From assembly GCA_963846565.1 (NCBI GenBank), contig CAWJWL010000001.1, positions 487,013 through 551,012 of the forward strand: a stretch of DNA of 64,000 nucleotides, written 5' to 3'. Every line of letters begins with the position of its first letter. The stretch's first letter is position 1. Of this stretch, positions 27,529 through 36,469 are shown piece after piece. The notes under the pieces are model-generated. The model saw nothing but the letters and a program-made list of their open reading frames with translations. It ran no database searches and was not told where the DNA came from. The position numbers were made by a program, and so were the translations under genes. This DNA comes from an uncultured Solirubrobacterales bacterium. Lineage in GTDB: Bacteria; Actinomycetota; Thermoleophilia; Solirubrobacterales; 70-9.

Positions 27529-27714
27529 CTAGAAGCAGTCGACGTCGAGGTCGTCGGCGACCTTGCGGGGAACGTCGTCGTAGAGGTCCTTCGCGATCGC
27601 CTTGCGCTCAGAGGGCGTGGCCTTGCGATCGGCGCCGGCGGCACCGACGACGAGCGCGCTCACAGTCACGGCGATCAGCGGCGCTGCAAGGCGGATCGAC
27701 CTCATCGGCGGCAT
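27529..27714 (-). CDS. Small secreted protein (61 aa)
   Basis: Signal-like MRSIRLAAPLIAVTVSALVVGAAGA. Third codon positions are almost all G/C. Ends ...DLDVDCF. Confidence 0.5.
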   Translation of the reverse strand: MPPMRSIRLAAPLIAVTVSALVVGAAGADRKATPSERKAIAKDLYDDVPRKVADDLDVDCF

Positions 27715-27966
27715 CGTAGCGCTGGGCGCCGCGGCCGAAGTGAGCCCAGCTCCAGGAGGAGCCGGCGGGCTGGGTTGACGCCGGGCCGCGCTACGCGGCC
27801 GTATTGCCGCCCAAGTAGCGCTCGATAAGACTGGTTATGTGAACCCGAGCGGGGAGTTCTGGCGGCAACTACTGCCTGAGAAACTTTTCGAGAAGGCGTG
27901 TTTAGGCTCGAGAGGGCTCGGGTATTCCTCCGTTGCGCCCTAGCCACACACGGCCTGGGCATCGTC

Positions 27967-28012
27967 GACGGCCCGGGTTTCCCCCCACCCGGGCCGTCGC
28001 ATTTTCTTCTTC
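27967..28012 (+). terminator. Orphan intrinsic terminator inside the leader of the sigma-factor gene
   Basis: 12-bp stem GACGGCCCGGGT / ACCCGGGCCGTC, loop TTCCCCCC, then GCATTTTCTTCTTC. There is no plus-strand CDS upstream. It ends 74 nt before ATG 28086. Confidence 0.6.
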
Positions 28013-28085
28013 GGGGCCCGGGGGAACCCGGCGCAGGGGCGCTCGCGAGGCGACCACTAGGCTGGATGTCGCGACCCCGCGACCG

Positions 28086-28895
28086 ATGAGCAGCGAGCGC
28101 CCCTCTCCCAAGCCCCCCGACTTTCCGCCCGCCAGAGGTCCGGAGCAGGCCCTCCGCGACGAGGAGGACCTGCTCGCGGCCTATGCGCGCACGCGCGACG
28201 CCGCGGCCCGTGAGGAGCTCGTACGCCGCTTCATGCCCTTCGCGCGCAGCCTCGCGATGCGGTACTCCGGCGGGATCGAGCCGACCGAAGACCTGATCCA
28301 AGTGGCCAGTCTCGGGCTCGTCTCGGCGCTCGAACGGTTCGATCCGGAGCGTGGCGTCCCGTTTACCGCATTCGCCGGGCCGACGATCCTCGGTGAGCTG
28401 CGGCGCCACTTTCGTGACCGGGTGTGGACGATGCGCGTCCCACGCGGCCTGCAGGAGCGCATTCGAGAGGTCGAGGGCGCGATCGCCAAGCTCTCGAGCG
28501 AGCTCGAGCGCTCACCGACGGTTGCCGAGATCGCTTCCCTGATCGACATCGGCGAGGCCGACGTGCTCGAGTCCTTCGAGGCATCGGTCGCACGGCGGAC
28601 GATGTCGCTCGACCAGCCAGCCTCCGCCGCCGAGGCCGGCGAGGATGCCTCGATGGGAGAGCGCCTCGGCTCCGAGGACCCCAACTTCGAGCTGATCGAG
28701 GATCGCCAGGCGATCGAGGCCGGGGCGAGCGCCCTCGATGAGATCGAGCGTGAGGTGCTGCGGCTTCGCTTCGAGGAGGACATGACCCAGTCGAAGATCG
28801 CCGAGCAGGTCGGGTACTCGCAGATGCACGTCTCCCGCATCCTGCGGCGGGCGCTCGGCAAGCTGCGCGACGCGGCCCGGATGCTCGAGAGCTGA
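28086..28895 (+). CDS. SigB/SigF/SigG-type (group 3) RNA polymerase sigma factor
   Basis: Region 2 DLIQVASLGLVSALERFDPERGVPFTAFAGPTILGELRRHFRD. Region 4.2 MTQSKIAEQVGYSQMHVSRILRRAL. Confidence 0.9.
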   Translation: MSSERPSPKPPDFPPARGPEQALRDEEDLLAAYARTRDAAAREELVRRFMPFARSLAMRYSGGIEPTEDLIQVASLGLVSALERFDPERGVPFTAFAGPTILGELRRHFRDRVWTMRVPRGLQERIREVEGAIAKLSSELERSPTVAEIASLIDIGEADVLESFEASVARRTMSLDQPASAAEAGEDASMGERLGSEDPNFELIEDRQAIEAGASALDEIEREVLRLRFEEDMTQSKIAEQVGYSQMHVSRILRRALGKLRDAARMLES

Positions 28896-28907
28896 ACTGC
28901 CGGCGCG

Positions 28908-29717
28908 CTAGCCGGCGGCGGTGATTCGCAGGCGGACGTGCTCGCCGCCCTCACCGCGTTCGACCTGGACCACTTCGGCGAGCGCTTCGAGCGTCGCCTC
29001 GATCCCCGGAATCCGCATCCCTTCGATCATCCGCTCGCCGCCGCCCTCAGGCAGCGGCCCGATGCGGAGCTCGAAGGCGCCGTCCTCCTCCTTGACGGCG
29101 AGGCGCACGGTGCCGTTCGGGAACCCCTGTGGGCCGCCGGCGGAGATCGCATCGCTGAGCAGGACCGCGTCGGAGAGCCGGTCGACCGAGAAGTCCGCAC
29201 GGGTCGCGAGCATCGCGATCACCCTGGCGAGCACGAGCGAGAGCCCGTCGCCGGTGCTGATCTCGATCCGTGTCTCACCGTCGGAGATACCGATTTGCTC
29301 CGGAGGCTGGCCGTTGAGGCGAGCGAGGCGCATCCGCATCGTCACCGTCGTCCCCCCGCCCGGGGTCATGTCGATCGCGAAGCCGTCGCTGAGCGCGGCG
29401 ATCAGCGGGATGCCCAGCCGCAGGGACCGGCGCTCGACATCGACGAGCGGGCGGATCCCGCGGCCGCGGTCGGCCACCTTGACCACGAGCCGCTCCGCGT
29501 CGGGGCGCGCACTTACCTCGAGCGTGCCCAGCTCACCCGGCTCGTACGCGTGGGTGACGACGTTCGAGCACGCTTCCGTGACCACGGTTTTCAGATCGGC
29601 AAGCTCCTCGGGTTCCATCCCGAGGACGTCCGCCAGCCCGGAGAGCGCATGACGGACGAGAGCCACGTTCTCGGCTTTGGCGGGAAGCGAAAATTCGACG
29701 CTCGCGTCAGCCTCCAC
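28908..29717 (-). CDS. RsbW/SpoIIAB-like anti-sigma serine kinase (HATPase_c_2) with an extra C-terminal domain of about 130 aa
   Basis: N-box TEACSNVVTHAY. G-box VADRGRGI. The C-terminal half repeats the domain pattern without the catalytic residues. Confidence 0.75.
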   Translation of the reverse strand: MEADASVEFSLPAKAENVALVRHALSGLADVLGMEPEELADLKTVVTEACSNVVTHAYEPGELGTLEVSARPDAERLVVKVADRGRGIRPLVDVERRSLRLGIPLIAALSDGFAIDMTPGGGTTVTMRMRLARLNGQPPEQIGISDGETRIEISTGDGLSLVLARVIAMLATRADFSVDRLSDAVLLSDAISAGGPQGFPNGTVRLAVKEEDGAFELRIGPLPEGGGERMIEGMRIPGIEATLEALAEVVQVERGEGGEHVRLRITAAG

Positions 29718-29747
29718 GGCGCTCAGAATACCCGTGCTCGGGTACCC

Positions 29748-30086
29748 CTAATCTCGTTTCCAGCCGCGGCCGAAGAGTCGACCCATGCGCCCGGTCCGAA
29801 CATTGGCGCTGAACGCCCCGGGACCGTCCTCGGGCGGCGGCAGCTTCTCGACCGCCGCAGCGTCGATTGCGAGCGTCACCCCACGCTCCGCGGTGCGCCC
29901 GACCTCGGGCGCGTCAACGAAGCGGAGATCTCCATTCGTGGCTTTGAGCACGATCCCGTCGAGGATGTGCTCCCGGTAGTTGTCCACCACCTGGTTCACG
30001 GTCCCGACCTCGACCTCGTCGGAGCTGAACACGGGCGTTCCAACCTGGACCGCCGTGTAGTGGATTGCATGGCCGTCGTCGATCAC
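29748..30086 (-). CDS. PRC-barrel-like small protein
   Basis: GTPVFSSDEVEVGTVNQVVDNYREHILDGIVLK resembles PRC-barrel/DUF2171 proteins. Confidence 0.45.
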   Translation of the reverse strand: MIDDGHAIHYTAVQVGTPVFSSDEVEVGTVNQVVDNYREHILDGIVLKATNGDLRFVDAPEVGRTAERGVTLAIDAAAVEKLPPPEDGPGAFSANVRTGRMGRLFGRGWKRD

Positions 30087-30120
30087 CGGCTAAAGAATAG
30101 GCTGACGCGGCGCCGGGCTA

Positions 30121-30990
30121 CTACGCAGCGAGCCGCTCGGCGACCTCGGGGTGCTGGCTGAACGAGACGATCTCACGGCTCAAGCGCCCTCCCTGCCACG
30201 CCAGCGGTGACTCCCCCTCCCCCTCGCTGACGAGCCGCCCTCGCGGGAGTCGTCGCGCCCATTCCTCGGCGACCGCGTGGGGATGCCCTGGATCCGCCTC
30301 GTCATGGCTGCCGACGACCAGCGCCGGCAGCTCGAGCCGCTCGAGCTCTGCCAGGTCCTCGAACGGGCGCGAGCGAGGAACCTGGTGCAGCGCGGCGGCG
30401 ACCGCCTCCGGATAGCGGTGGCGCTCGAGCCGCTGACGCGCGATCCGCAGCAAGGTCTCTCGCCACTCGGGTGCAAGGTCGTGGTCGTAGGCGGCGATGA
30501 ACCCCTCCACCCCACCGCGCTCGAGGCCGTCCGCGAGTTTGTCCCACTCGGCGAGCGACTTCTCGCTCGGCTCACGGCCGTGGTAGACGGGCCCGATGAT
30601 GACGAGGCCGGCGACGCGGTCCGGCTCGGCGAGGGCGAGCGCGGTAAGCGTGTGCGCACCCATCGAGTGGCCGGCGAGCAGCGCGCGCCGCTGCGGGGCC
30701 TGCTCGTCGAGGACAGCGCGCATGTCGGCGGCGAGCTCCTCGAAGGTATAGCCGCCGCCGGCCGGGGCCGGATCCGACTCGCCGTGGCCCCGAGCGTCGT
30801 AGGAGATCGTCGCGAAGCCCTGGCGCGGCAGCATCCGCGATCCGTGGACGACGACGCCGCGGGTCGCGGTGAGGCCGTGCGCAAGCACGATCGGCGCGCC
30901 GCCCTCGGGGCCATCGACCTCACCGGCGATCGCCGGACCCTCCGCCGAAACGGTGAAGGTTCGCGGCGCCGAGTCGGGTCCGGGAGTCAA
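30121..30990 (-). CDS. Alpha/beta hydrolase
   Basis: PIVLAHGL and the nucleophile elbow GHSMGA. The TTG start overlaps the bcp stop (TTGA). Confidence 0.75.
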   Translation of the reverse strand: MTPGPDSAPRTFTVSAEGPAIAGEVDGPEGGAPIVLAHGLTATRGVVVHGSRMLPRQGFATISYDARGHGESDPAPAGGGYTFEELAADMRAVLDEQAPQRRALLAGHSMGAHTLTALALAEPDRVAGLVIIGPVYHGREPSEKSLAEWDKLADGLERGGVEGFIAAYDHDLAPEWRETLLRIARQRLERHRYPEAVAAALHQVPRSRPFEDLAELERLELPALVVGSHDEADPGHPHAVAEEWARRLPRGRLVSEGEGESPLAWQGGRLSREIVSFSQHPEVAERLAA

Positions 30991-31454
30991 CCGACCGCGT
31001 CGCGGGCGAGGGAGAGCGCTCCCGCGAGATGCTCGACGTCCTTGTAGCGGAGGCCGAGCAGGGCGACGTGCCGGTAGCGGACCTGCCCTTCGGGGTCGAC
31101 GATGAAGATCGAGCGGCGTACGAGGCCGCCGGGGCCGACGACGCCGTACTCCCGCGCGGTCGCGTGGTCGGTGTCGGCGAGCAGTGGCACGGTGAGCTCG
31201 TGCTCGGCGGCGAAGCGCTCGTGCGAGGAGACCGATTGCGGTGAGATCCCGAGCACGATCGCGTCGAGGTCGTCGAGGTGATCGGCGGCGTCCCGGTAGG
31301 AACAGAACTGCCGCGTGCACACCGGGGTGAAGTCGCCCGGATAGAAGGCGAGGACGACCCATTGGCCGCGGAGCTCGGAGAGCCGGTAGCTGCGTCCGCC
31401 GCTCGCCTCGAGCACGAACTCGGGGGCGGCGTCGCCGATGCCGACCTTGCTCAC
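30987..31454 (-). CDS. bcp: Peroxiredoxin (Bcp/AhpC-TSA family)
   Basis: VVLAFYPGDFTPVCTRQFC. Confidence 0.9.
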   Translation of the reverse strand: MSKVGIGDAAPEFVLEASGGRSYRLSELRGQWVVLAFYPGDFTPVCTRQFCSYRDAADHLDDLDAIVLGISPQSVSSHERFAAEHELTVPLLADTDHATAREYGVVGPGGLVRRSIFIVDPEGQVRYRHVALLGLRYKDVEHLAGALSLARDAVG

Positions 31455-31464
31455 GCCGGCTCGA

Positions 31465-32148
31465 TCACCCGGCGTCGATCGTGACCGTGTCGAGGGTCAC
31501 CACCTGGGTCGGGGTGCCGGTCTGGCCGCTCGCGGGATCACCCAGCGCCGCGATCGCCTGGACCACCTCGATTCCCTCGACCACCTCGCCGGCGATCGCG
31601 TAGTCGGGCGGCAGCCCCGCGTCCGCCTGGGCGACGACGAAGAACTGGCTACCGGAGGTCCCCGGCGGCTCGGTCGCCGTCTTCGCCATCGCGACCGTCC
31701 CCTGCAGGTAAGCGGTGTCGCCGGGTGGCGCCTCCTCGACCGAGTAACCGACGCCGCCGGTGCCGTTGCCGAGCGGGTCGCCGCCCTGGATGAAGGCCCC
31801 CGTGACGATGCGGTGAAACCACGTGTCGTCGTAGACGCCCTCCTCCGCGAGGAACGCGAACGAGTTCGCTGTCTTCGGCGAGTCCTTGGTGTCGAGCTCG
31901 ATCACGAACTCCCCGCAGCTCGTCGCGACCGTGGCCGTCGCCGGCTCGCCCGGTTGGAGCACCTGCTCGGGCCGCTTCAGCCTCACCTCGCCCGCGGCCG
32001 GCTGCTCCGCGGTCTCACAGCCCTGCCCACCGGCGCTGGTGGTCGTTCCGGGGGACGCGGGATCCTCCTCGCCGCCGCCGCCGCAGCCTGCGATCGCGAC
32101 GGTTCCGAGCACGAGCAGGATGAGAAGGGCGTTGCGCGGCGTTCGCAT
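31465..32148 (-). CDS. Cyclophilin-type peptidyl-prolyl isomerase, lipoprotein
   Basis: Lipobox LGTVAIAGC. FHRIV, GTVAMA and GSQFF motifs. Start at MRTPRNA. Confidence 0.88.
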   Translation of the reverse strand: MRTPRNALLILLVLGTVAIAGCGGGGEEDPASPGTTTSAGGQGCETAEQPAAGEVRLKRPEQVLQPGEPATATVATSCGEFVIELDTKDSPKTANSFAFLAEEGVYDDTWFHRIVTGAFIQGGDPLGNGTGGVGYSVEEAPPGDTAYLQGTVAMAKTATEPPGTSGSQFFVVAQADAGLPPDYAIAGEVVEGIEVVQAIAALGDPASGQTGTPTQVVTLDTVTIDAG

Positions 32149-32235
32149 CGGGGCGGGAGGGTACCTTGCGCTCATCCCGCAGGAGGAGCGTGATCCGCCT
32201 CGAGGAGGACGAGCGCTGGCCGGGGCCTCGCTAGC

Positions 32236-33441
32236 GTGGCGAGGATGAACGGCGGTCTCGCACCAGGTCCCGCCACGCGGGCTCGCTCGCGTCTCGATCC
32301 GCGCCTCGCCGACATCCTGCTCGCGGGCCTGCTCGCCCTGGTCCTCGCGGCTCAGCTCCTGCTCGGCGATTACGAGGGGCCGACGGCGCTCAACATCGTG
32401 AGCGGGCTTGCGCTGACCCTGCCGCTGATCTGGCGCCGCCACGCACCGCTCGCGGTCGTCTGCGCGTTCGTCAGCATCGCGATCGCCAACGAGGCGCTGG
32501 GCGGCGCCCTGTTCACCTTCCCGGAGGCCGACGCCGCCGACGCCGACCCGCCCCTCTTCGCCTCGCTCGTGGCCGGCATCGTCGCCTTCTACTCGCTCGG
32601 TGCTTACGCCGAGGACCGAGTCGCTGCGGCGGGCCTCGTCGCCGGGATCGCCGGCCTCTGGGCGACCGTGATCGTCTCCGATCAGGTCGACGTCGGCAGC
32701 TTCATCTGGTCCGGCGGGCTCGTCGCGGCGACGCCCTGGTTCGCCGGCCGGGTCGCGCGCTCGCGTGGCGAGCGCTTCGAGTCCCTCGCGCGCGAGCAGG
32801 AGCAGCAGACGAGGATCGCGCTTGCCGACGAGCGGACGCGGATCGCACGCGAGCTCCACGACATCGTCGCCCACAGCGTCGGCGTGATCGTCATCCAGGC
32901 GCAGGGAGCAGGGCGGGTCTTCGACCGCGACCCGGAGCGCGCGCGCAAGGCGCTCGGGTCGATCGAGCAGACCGCGCGGACCGCCCTGTCCGAGATGCGG
33001 CGCTCCCTGGGCGTGTTACGCGACGATGGTGAGGAGGCCGCGCTCGAACCGCAACCCGGCCTCGACGACCTCGAGCCGCTGCTCGCCCAGGCGCGCGCCG
33101 GCGGCTTGGCGGTCGACCTCGTGATCGAGGGTGAGCGCCGCCCGCTGCCGCAGAGCGTCGACCTCTCCGCCTACCGGATCGTCCAGGAGGCCCTTACCAA
33201 CACCATCAAGCACGCTGGGCCGGCGACCAGCACGGTAATCCTTCGCTACGGCGAGGAATCGCTCGAGCTCGAGGTCGCCGACGACGGGCGCGGCAAGGCG
33301 GTCAACGGCGGGATTGGCGGCTCCGGGCACGGGATCCTCGGCATGCGCGAGCGCGCCGCATCGCACGGCGGCACGGTCGAGGCGGGCTCCGCGCCCGACG
33401 GCGGCTTCCGCGTACACGCGACCCTTCCCCTGAGCGGATGA
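32236..33441 (+). CDS. Sensor histidine kinase (HisKA_3 / NarL-partner type)
   Basis: H-box ERTRIARELHDIVAH. N-terminal TM segments. HATPase C-terminus. Confidence 0.9.
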   Translation: MARMNGGLAPGPATRARSRLDPRLADILLAGLLALVLAAQLLLGDYEGPTALNIVSGLALTLPLIWRRHAPLAVVCAFVSIAIANEALGGALFTFPEADAADADPPLFASLVAGIVAFYSLGAYAEDRVAAAGLVAGIAGLWATVIVSDQVDVGSFIWSGGLVAATPWFAGRVARSRGERFESLAREQEQQTRIALADERTRIARELHDIVAHSVGVIVIQAQGAGRVFDRDPERARKALGSIEQTARTALSEMRRSLGVLRDDGEEAALEPQPGLDDLEPLLAQARAGGLAVDLVIEGERRPLPQSVDLSAYRIVQEALTNTIKHAGPATSTVILRYGEESLELEVADDGRGKAVNGGIGGSGHGILGMRERAASHGGTVEAGSAPDGGFRVHATLPLSG

Positions 33442-34115
33442 GCATCCGGGTTCTAATCGCGGACGACCAGGCGCTCGTGCGCAGCGGCTTTCGCATGGTG
33501 CTCGAGGGCGAGCCGGGAATCGAGGTCGTCGGCGAAGCGGCGAACGGTAATCAGGCCATCGACGGCGTCCGCCGTCTGCACCCGGACGTCGTCCTCATGG
33601 ACATCCGCATGCCCGAGCTCGACGGGATCGGCGCGACCCGGAAGATCGTCGCCGGCGACGCGGGTCACCCGGCCCGCGTTCTCATCCTCACCACGTTCGA
33701 CCTCGACGAGTACGTCTACGACGCGCTCGCCGCCGGAGCCAGCGGGTTCCTGCTCAAGGACGCGGCGCCGGAGCAGCTGCTCGCCGGCATCGAGGTCGTC
33801 GCCGCGGGCGACGCGCTGCTCGCGCCCGCGGTCACCCGGCGCCTGATCGAGGACTTCTCTCGCGCGCGCCCGGCTGCCGGCGAGGCGCCGCCCGGCAGCG
33901 ACGAGCTGACTCCGCGCGAGCGCGAGGTCTGGATGCTCGTCGCCGGCGGGCTCTCGAACGCGGAGATCGCCGAGTCGCTCATCGTCGGCGAGACCACCGT
34001 GAAGACGCACGTGGCCCGGGTGCTGATGAAGCTCGGACTGCGTGACCGTGTGCAGGCCGCGGTACTCGCCTACGAATCGGGCCAGATCACGCCCGGAGCT
34101 CCCCAGGGCGACTGA
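33438..34115 (+). CDS. NarL/LuxR-family response regulator
   Basis: Receiver IRVLIADDQ...DVVLMDIRMP. LuxR HTH LSNAEIAESLIVGETTVKTHV. ATGA overlap with the kinase gene. Confidence 0.92.
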   Translation: MSIRVLIADDQALVRSGFRMVLEGEPGIEVVGEAANGNQAIDGVRRLHPDVVLMDIRMPELDGIGATRKIVAGDAGHPARVLILTTFDLDEYVYDALAAGASGFLLKDAAPEQLLAGIEVVAAGDALLAPAVTRRLIEDFSRARPAAGEAPPGSDELTPREREVWMLVAGGLSNAEIAESLIVGETTVKTHVARVLMKLGLRDRVQAAVLAYESGQITPGAPQGD

Positions 34116-34275
34116 CCCCGGGGCGACCCGGGTCCTCCTCGGGGAGGACCACCAATCCTCATCGCAGGCGAGCCCGAATCGTCATCGCAGCCGACGAGAA
34201 GAACGTCGTTTCGCAGGAACCTGGATCGCGTTGAAAACGACGCGTCCCAGGACGCTGAACCGAAGGAGCCGAGCG

Positions 34276-34833
34276 ATGGCACACGCAGGACAGACGATCG
34301 AGAACAAGGTGAGCGGCGAGCGGATCACCTTCCGCCAGACGGCGGCCGACACCGACGGCGAGCTGCTCGCCTTCGACCTCGAACTGGCCCCCGACGGGCA
34401 CGTTCCGGGGATGCACGTCCACCCCCATCAGGAGGAGCGCTTCGAGGTCATCGAGGGCACGATGAGCTTCAAGATGGGCGGCACGAAGGTGACCGCGGTC
34501 CCCGGCGACGTGGTCGTCGTCCCGCCCGGCGTCCGCCACAAGTTCGCGAACGGTGGCGATCAGGAGGCGCGGGTCCGGGTCGAGGTCCGTCCCGCCCTGC
34601 GGATGGAGGAACTGTTCGAGACCGCCGTCGCGCTCGCGAACGAGGGTCGCACGACGAGCAAGGGCATGCCGAAGCCGCTCGACCTGGCGCTCTTCGTGCG
34701 CGAGTTCTCCGACGAGGTCCAGGGCGCCTTCCCGCCGCTCGCCATCCAGCGGGCAACGCTCGCGCCGCTCGCCTGGATCGCGCGCAAGCGCGGCCACGCG
34801 GCCCGCTACACCCCGCGCCCGGCGATCGCCTGA
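34276..34833 (+). CDS. Cupin domain protein
   Basis: GMHVHPHQEERFEVIEG...PPGVRHKF. GAAGGAG RBS before ATG 34276. Confidence 0.8.
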   Translation: MAHAGQTIENKVSGERITFRQTAADTDGELLAFDLELAPDGHVPGMHVHPHQEERFEVIEGTMSFKMGGTKVTAVPGDVVVVPPGVRHKFANGGDQEARVRVEVRPALRMEELFETAVALANEGRTTSKGMPKPLDLALFVREFSDEVQGAFPPLAIQRATLAPLAWIARKRGHAARYTPRPAIA

Positions 34834-34911
34834 GCCCGACGCCGCTCCACCCGAGGGCCCGCCACGTGGCGGGCCCTCGGTGCGTCCGGCGCCTTGCGAG
34901 AATCAGGCTCG

Positions 34912-35567
34912 ATGCCGACGAACGACTACAGCGGACCGCCGCGCCGGGTCCGGCTCACCGGCCGGGCGCTGAACGCGGCGCTCGCCCGCGCCCCGTGGCT
35001 CTGGCCGGTGCTGAAAGCGCCGATGCGCGGCTACTTCGACGGCCGCGCCCGCGAGTGGGAGCAGCGTACGAGCGCCGGCACGGTCGACCATCTGATCGGG
35101 CTTGCGACCGCCGTCACCCACGTCGATGCGACGCCCGAGCGCGTCCTCGACCTCGGCACCGGCACCGGGGTCGCCGCCCTCTTCCTCGCCCGCGAGTACC
35201 CGCGCGCCAGCATCCGCGGGGTCGACATCTCCGAGGAGATGATCGCCGAGGCGAAGGGCAAGGTCGGGCTCGATCCTGAGGGCCGCATCGCGTTCCGCGT
35301 CGCGGACGCGTCGGCGCTCCCCTTCACCGACGAGTCGTTCGATCTGATCACGCAGGTGAACGTGCCCCCCTTCTTCGCCGAGATCGCGCGCGTCGTGCGG
35401 CCCGGGGGCCACGTCGTCTTCGTCGCCTCGAGCGGCGAACAGACGCCGTTCTACACCCCGCCGGCGGTGCTCGCGCGCGGCCTCGCCGAAGCACGGGCAT
35501 CGAGACGGTTGCCAGTGACGCCGCAGGGCGTGGCACGTACGTCGTCGGCCGCGCGGCCCGCGGCTAG
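34912..35567 (+). pseudogene. Class I SAM-dependent methyltransferase with one frame change near 35488
   Basis: Motif I VLDLGTGTGVAAL is in the frame of 34912. The family-typical end GIETVASDAAGRGTYVVGRAARG* is in another frame and stops at 35565-35567. Confidence 0.7.
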
Positions 35568-35581
35568 TCTCACGCCACCCG

Positions 35582-36469
35582 ATGGCCGCCGGCGACCGCC
35601 ACCTGCTCCTCGTCAACCCCTCCGCCGGGCGGCGGGCGAGCGCAGCGAGCTGCTCGGCCGGATCGAGGCCGGGCTCGAGCGCGCCGGAGTCCCGCATCGG
35701 ACCGTGCTCACCACCGGCATCGAGCACGGGATCGCACGAGGCCCGGGCGGCCGCCGCCGCCGGCGAGATCCCCGATCGTCGTCAGCGGCGACGGGTTGAT
35801 CGGGCAGGTCGGCGGGGCGCTCGCCGAGACCGCGACGCCGATGGGGGTGATCCCCGGCGGGCGCGGCAACGACTTCGCCCGGGTCCTCGGCATCCCGACC
35901 GACCCCGAGGCCGCGACGCCGTGATCGCCGCCGGCGCGACGACGGACGGTCGACGTCGGCGAGGTCAACGGCAGGCGCTTTCTCTGCATCGCCAGCTGCG
36001 GGTTCGACTCCGACGCGAATCGGATCGCCAACGAGGCCAAGAGGATCAAGGGCCCCCTCGTCTACGCGTACGCGGCCCTCCGCGCCCTCGCGGCCTGGAA
36101 GCCCGCGACCTTCACGCTCCCGCTCGACGGCGCAGCGCCACGAGGTCACCGGCTACACGGTCGCGGTCGCCAACAGCAAGGCCTATGGCGGCGGCATGAT
36201 CGCGGCCCCGAATGCGATCCTCGACGACGGCCTCCTCGACGTCGTGGCGACCGGGAACGGTCGCAAGCTCCGCTTCCTGCGTGGGATCGGGAAGGTGTTC
36301 AAGGGCGAGCATCGTGGATGCGCTCCGAGGTTCAGACTGGCGCGCGGCGACCGTGCGGATCGAGGCGGACCGTCCGTTCGCCGTCTACGCGGACGGCGAC
36401 CACCTCGCAGACCTGCCGGCCGACCTGAGCCTGCTGCCGCAGGCGCTGCGCGTGATCGTGCCGGGATGA
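35582..36469 (+). pseudogene. Diacylglycerol/lipid kinase (DAGK_cat, YegS/BmrU-like) interrupted by at least 7 frame changes
   Basis: Segments LLLVNPSAG, ELLGRIEAGLERAGVPHRTVLTTGIEHG, IVVSGDGLIGQV, MGVIPGGRGNDFARVLGIP, VDVGEVNGRRFLCIASCGFDSDAN, YTVAVANSKAYGGGMIAAPNAILDDGLLDVV and IEADRPFAVYADGD are spread over all three forward frames. Confidence 0.75.

Noticed and set aside
27898-28089. 63-aa plus-strand ORF spanning the orphan terminator.
   Set aside because: It runs straight through the terminator hairpin, its composition is not protein-like, and it ends at the sigma-gene start. It is more likely leader RNA.
34894-35799. 301-aa ORF that could be read as a methyltransferase-kinase fusion.
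   Set aside because: The apparent fusion arises because frame changes splice a methyltransferase N-terminus onto an out-of-frame linker and one kinase segment. The true methyltransferase C-terminus and stop are in another frame (stop at 35565-35567).
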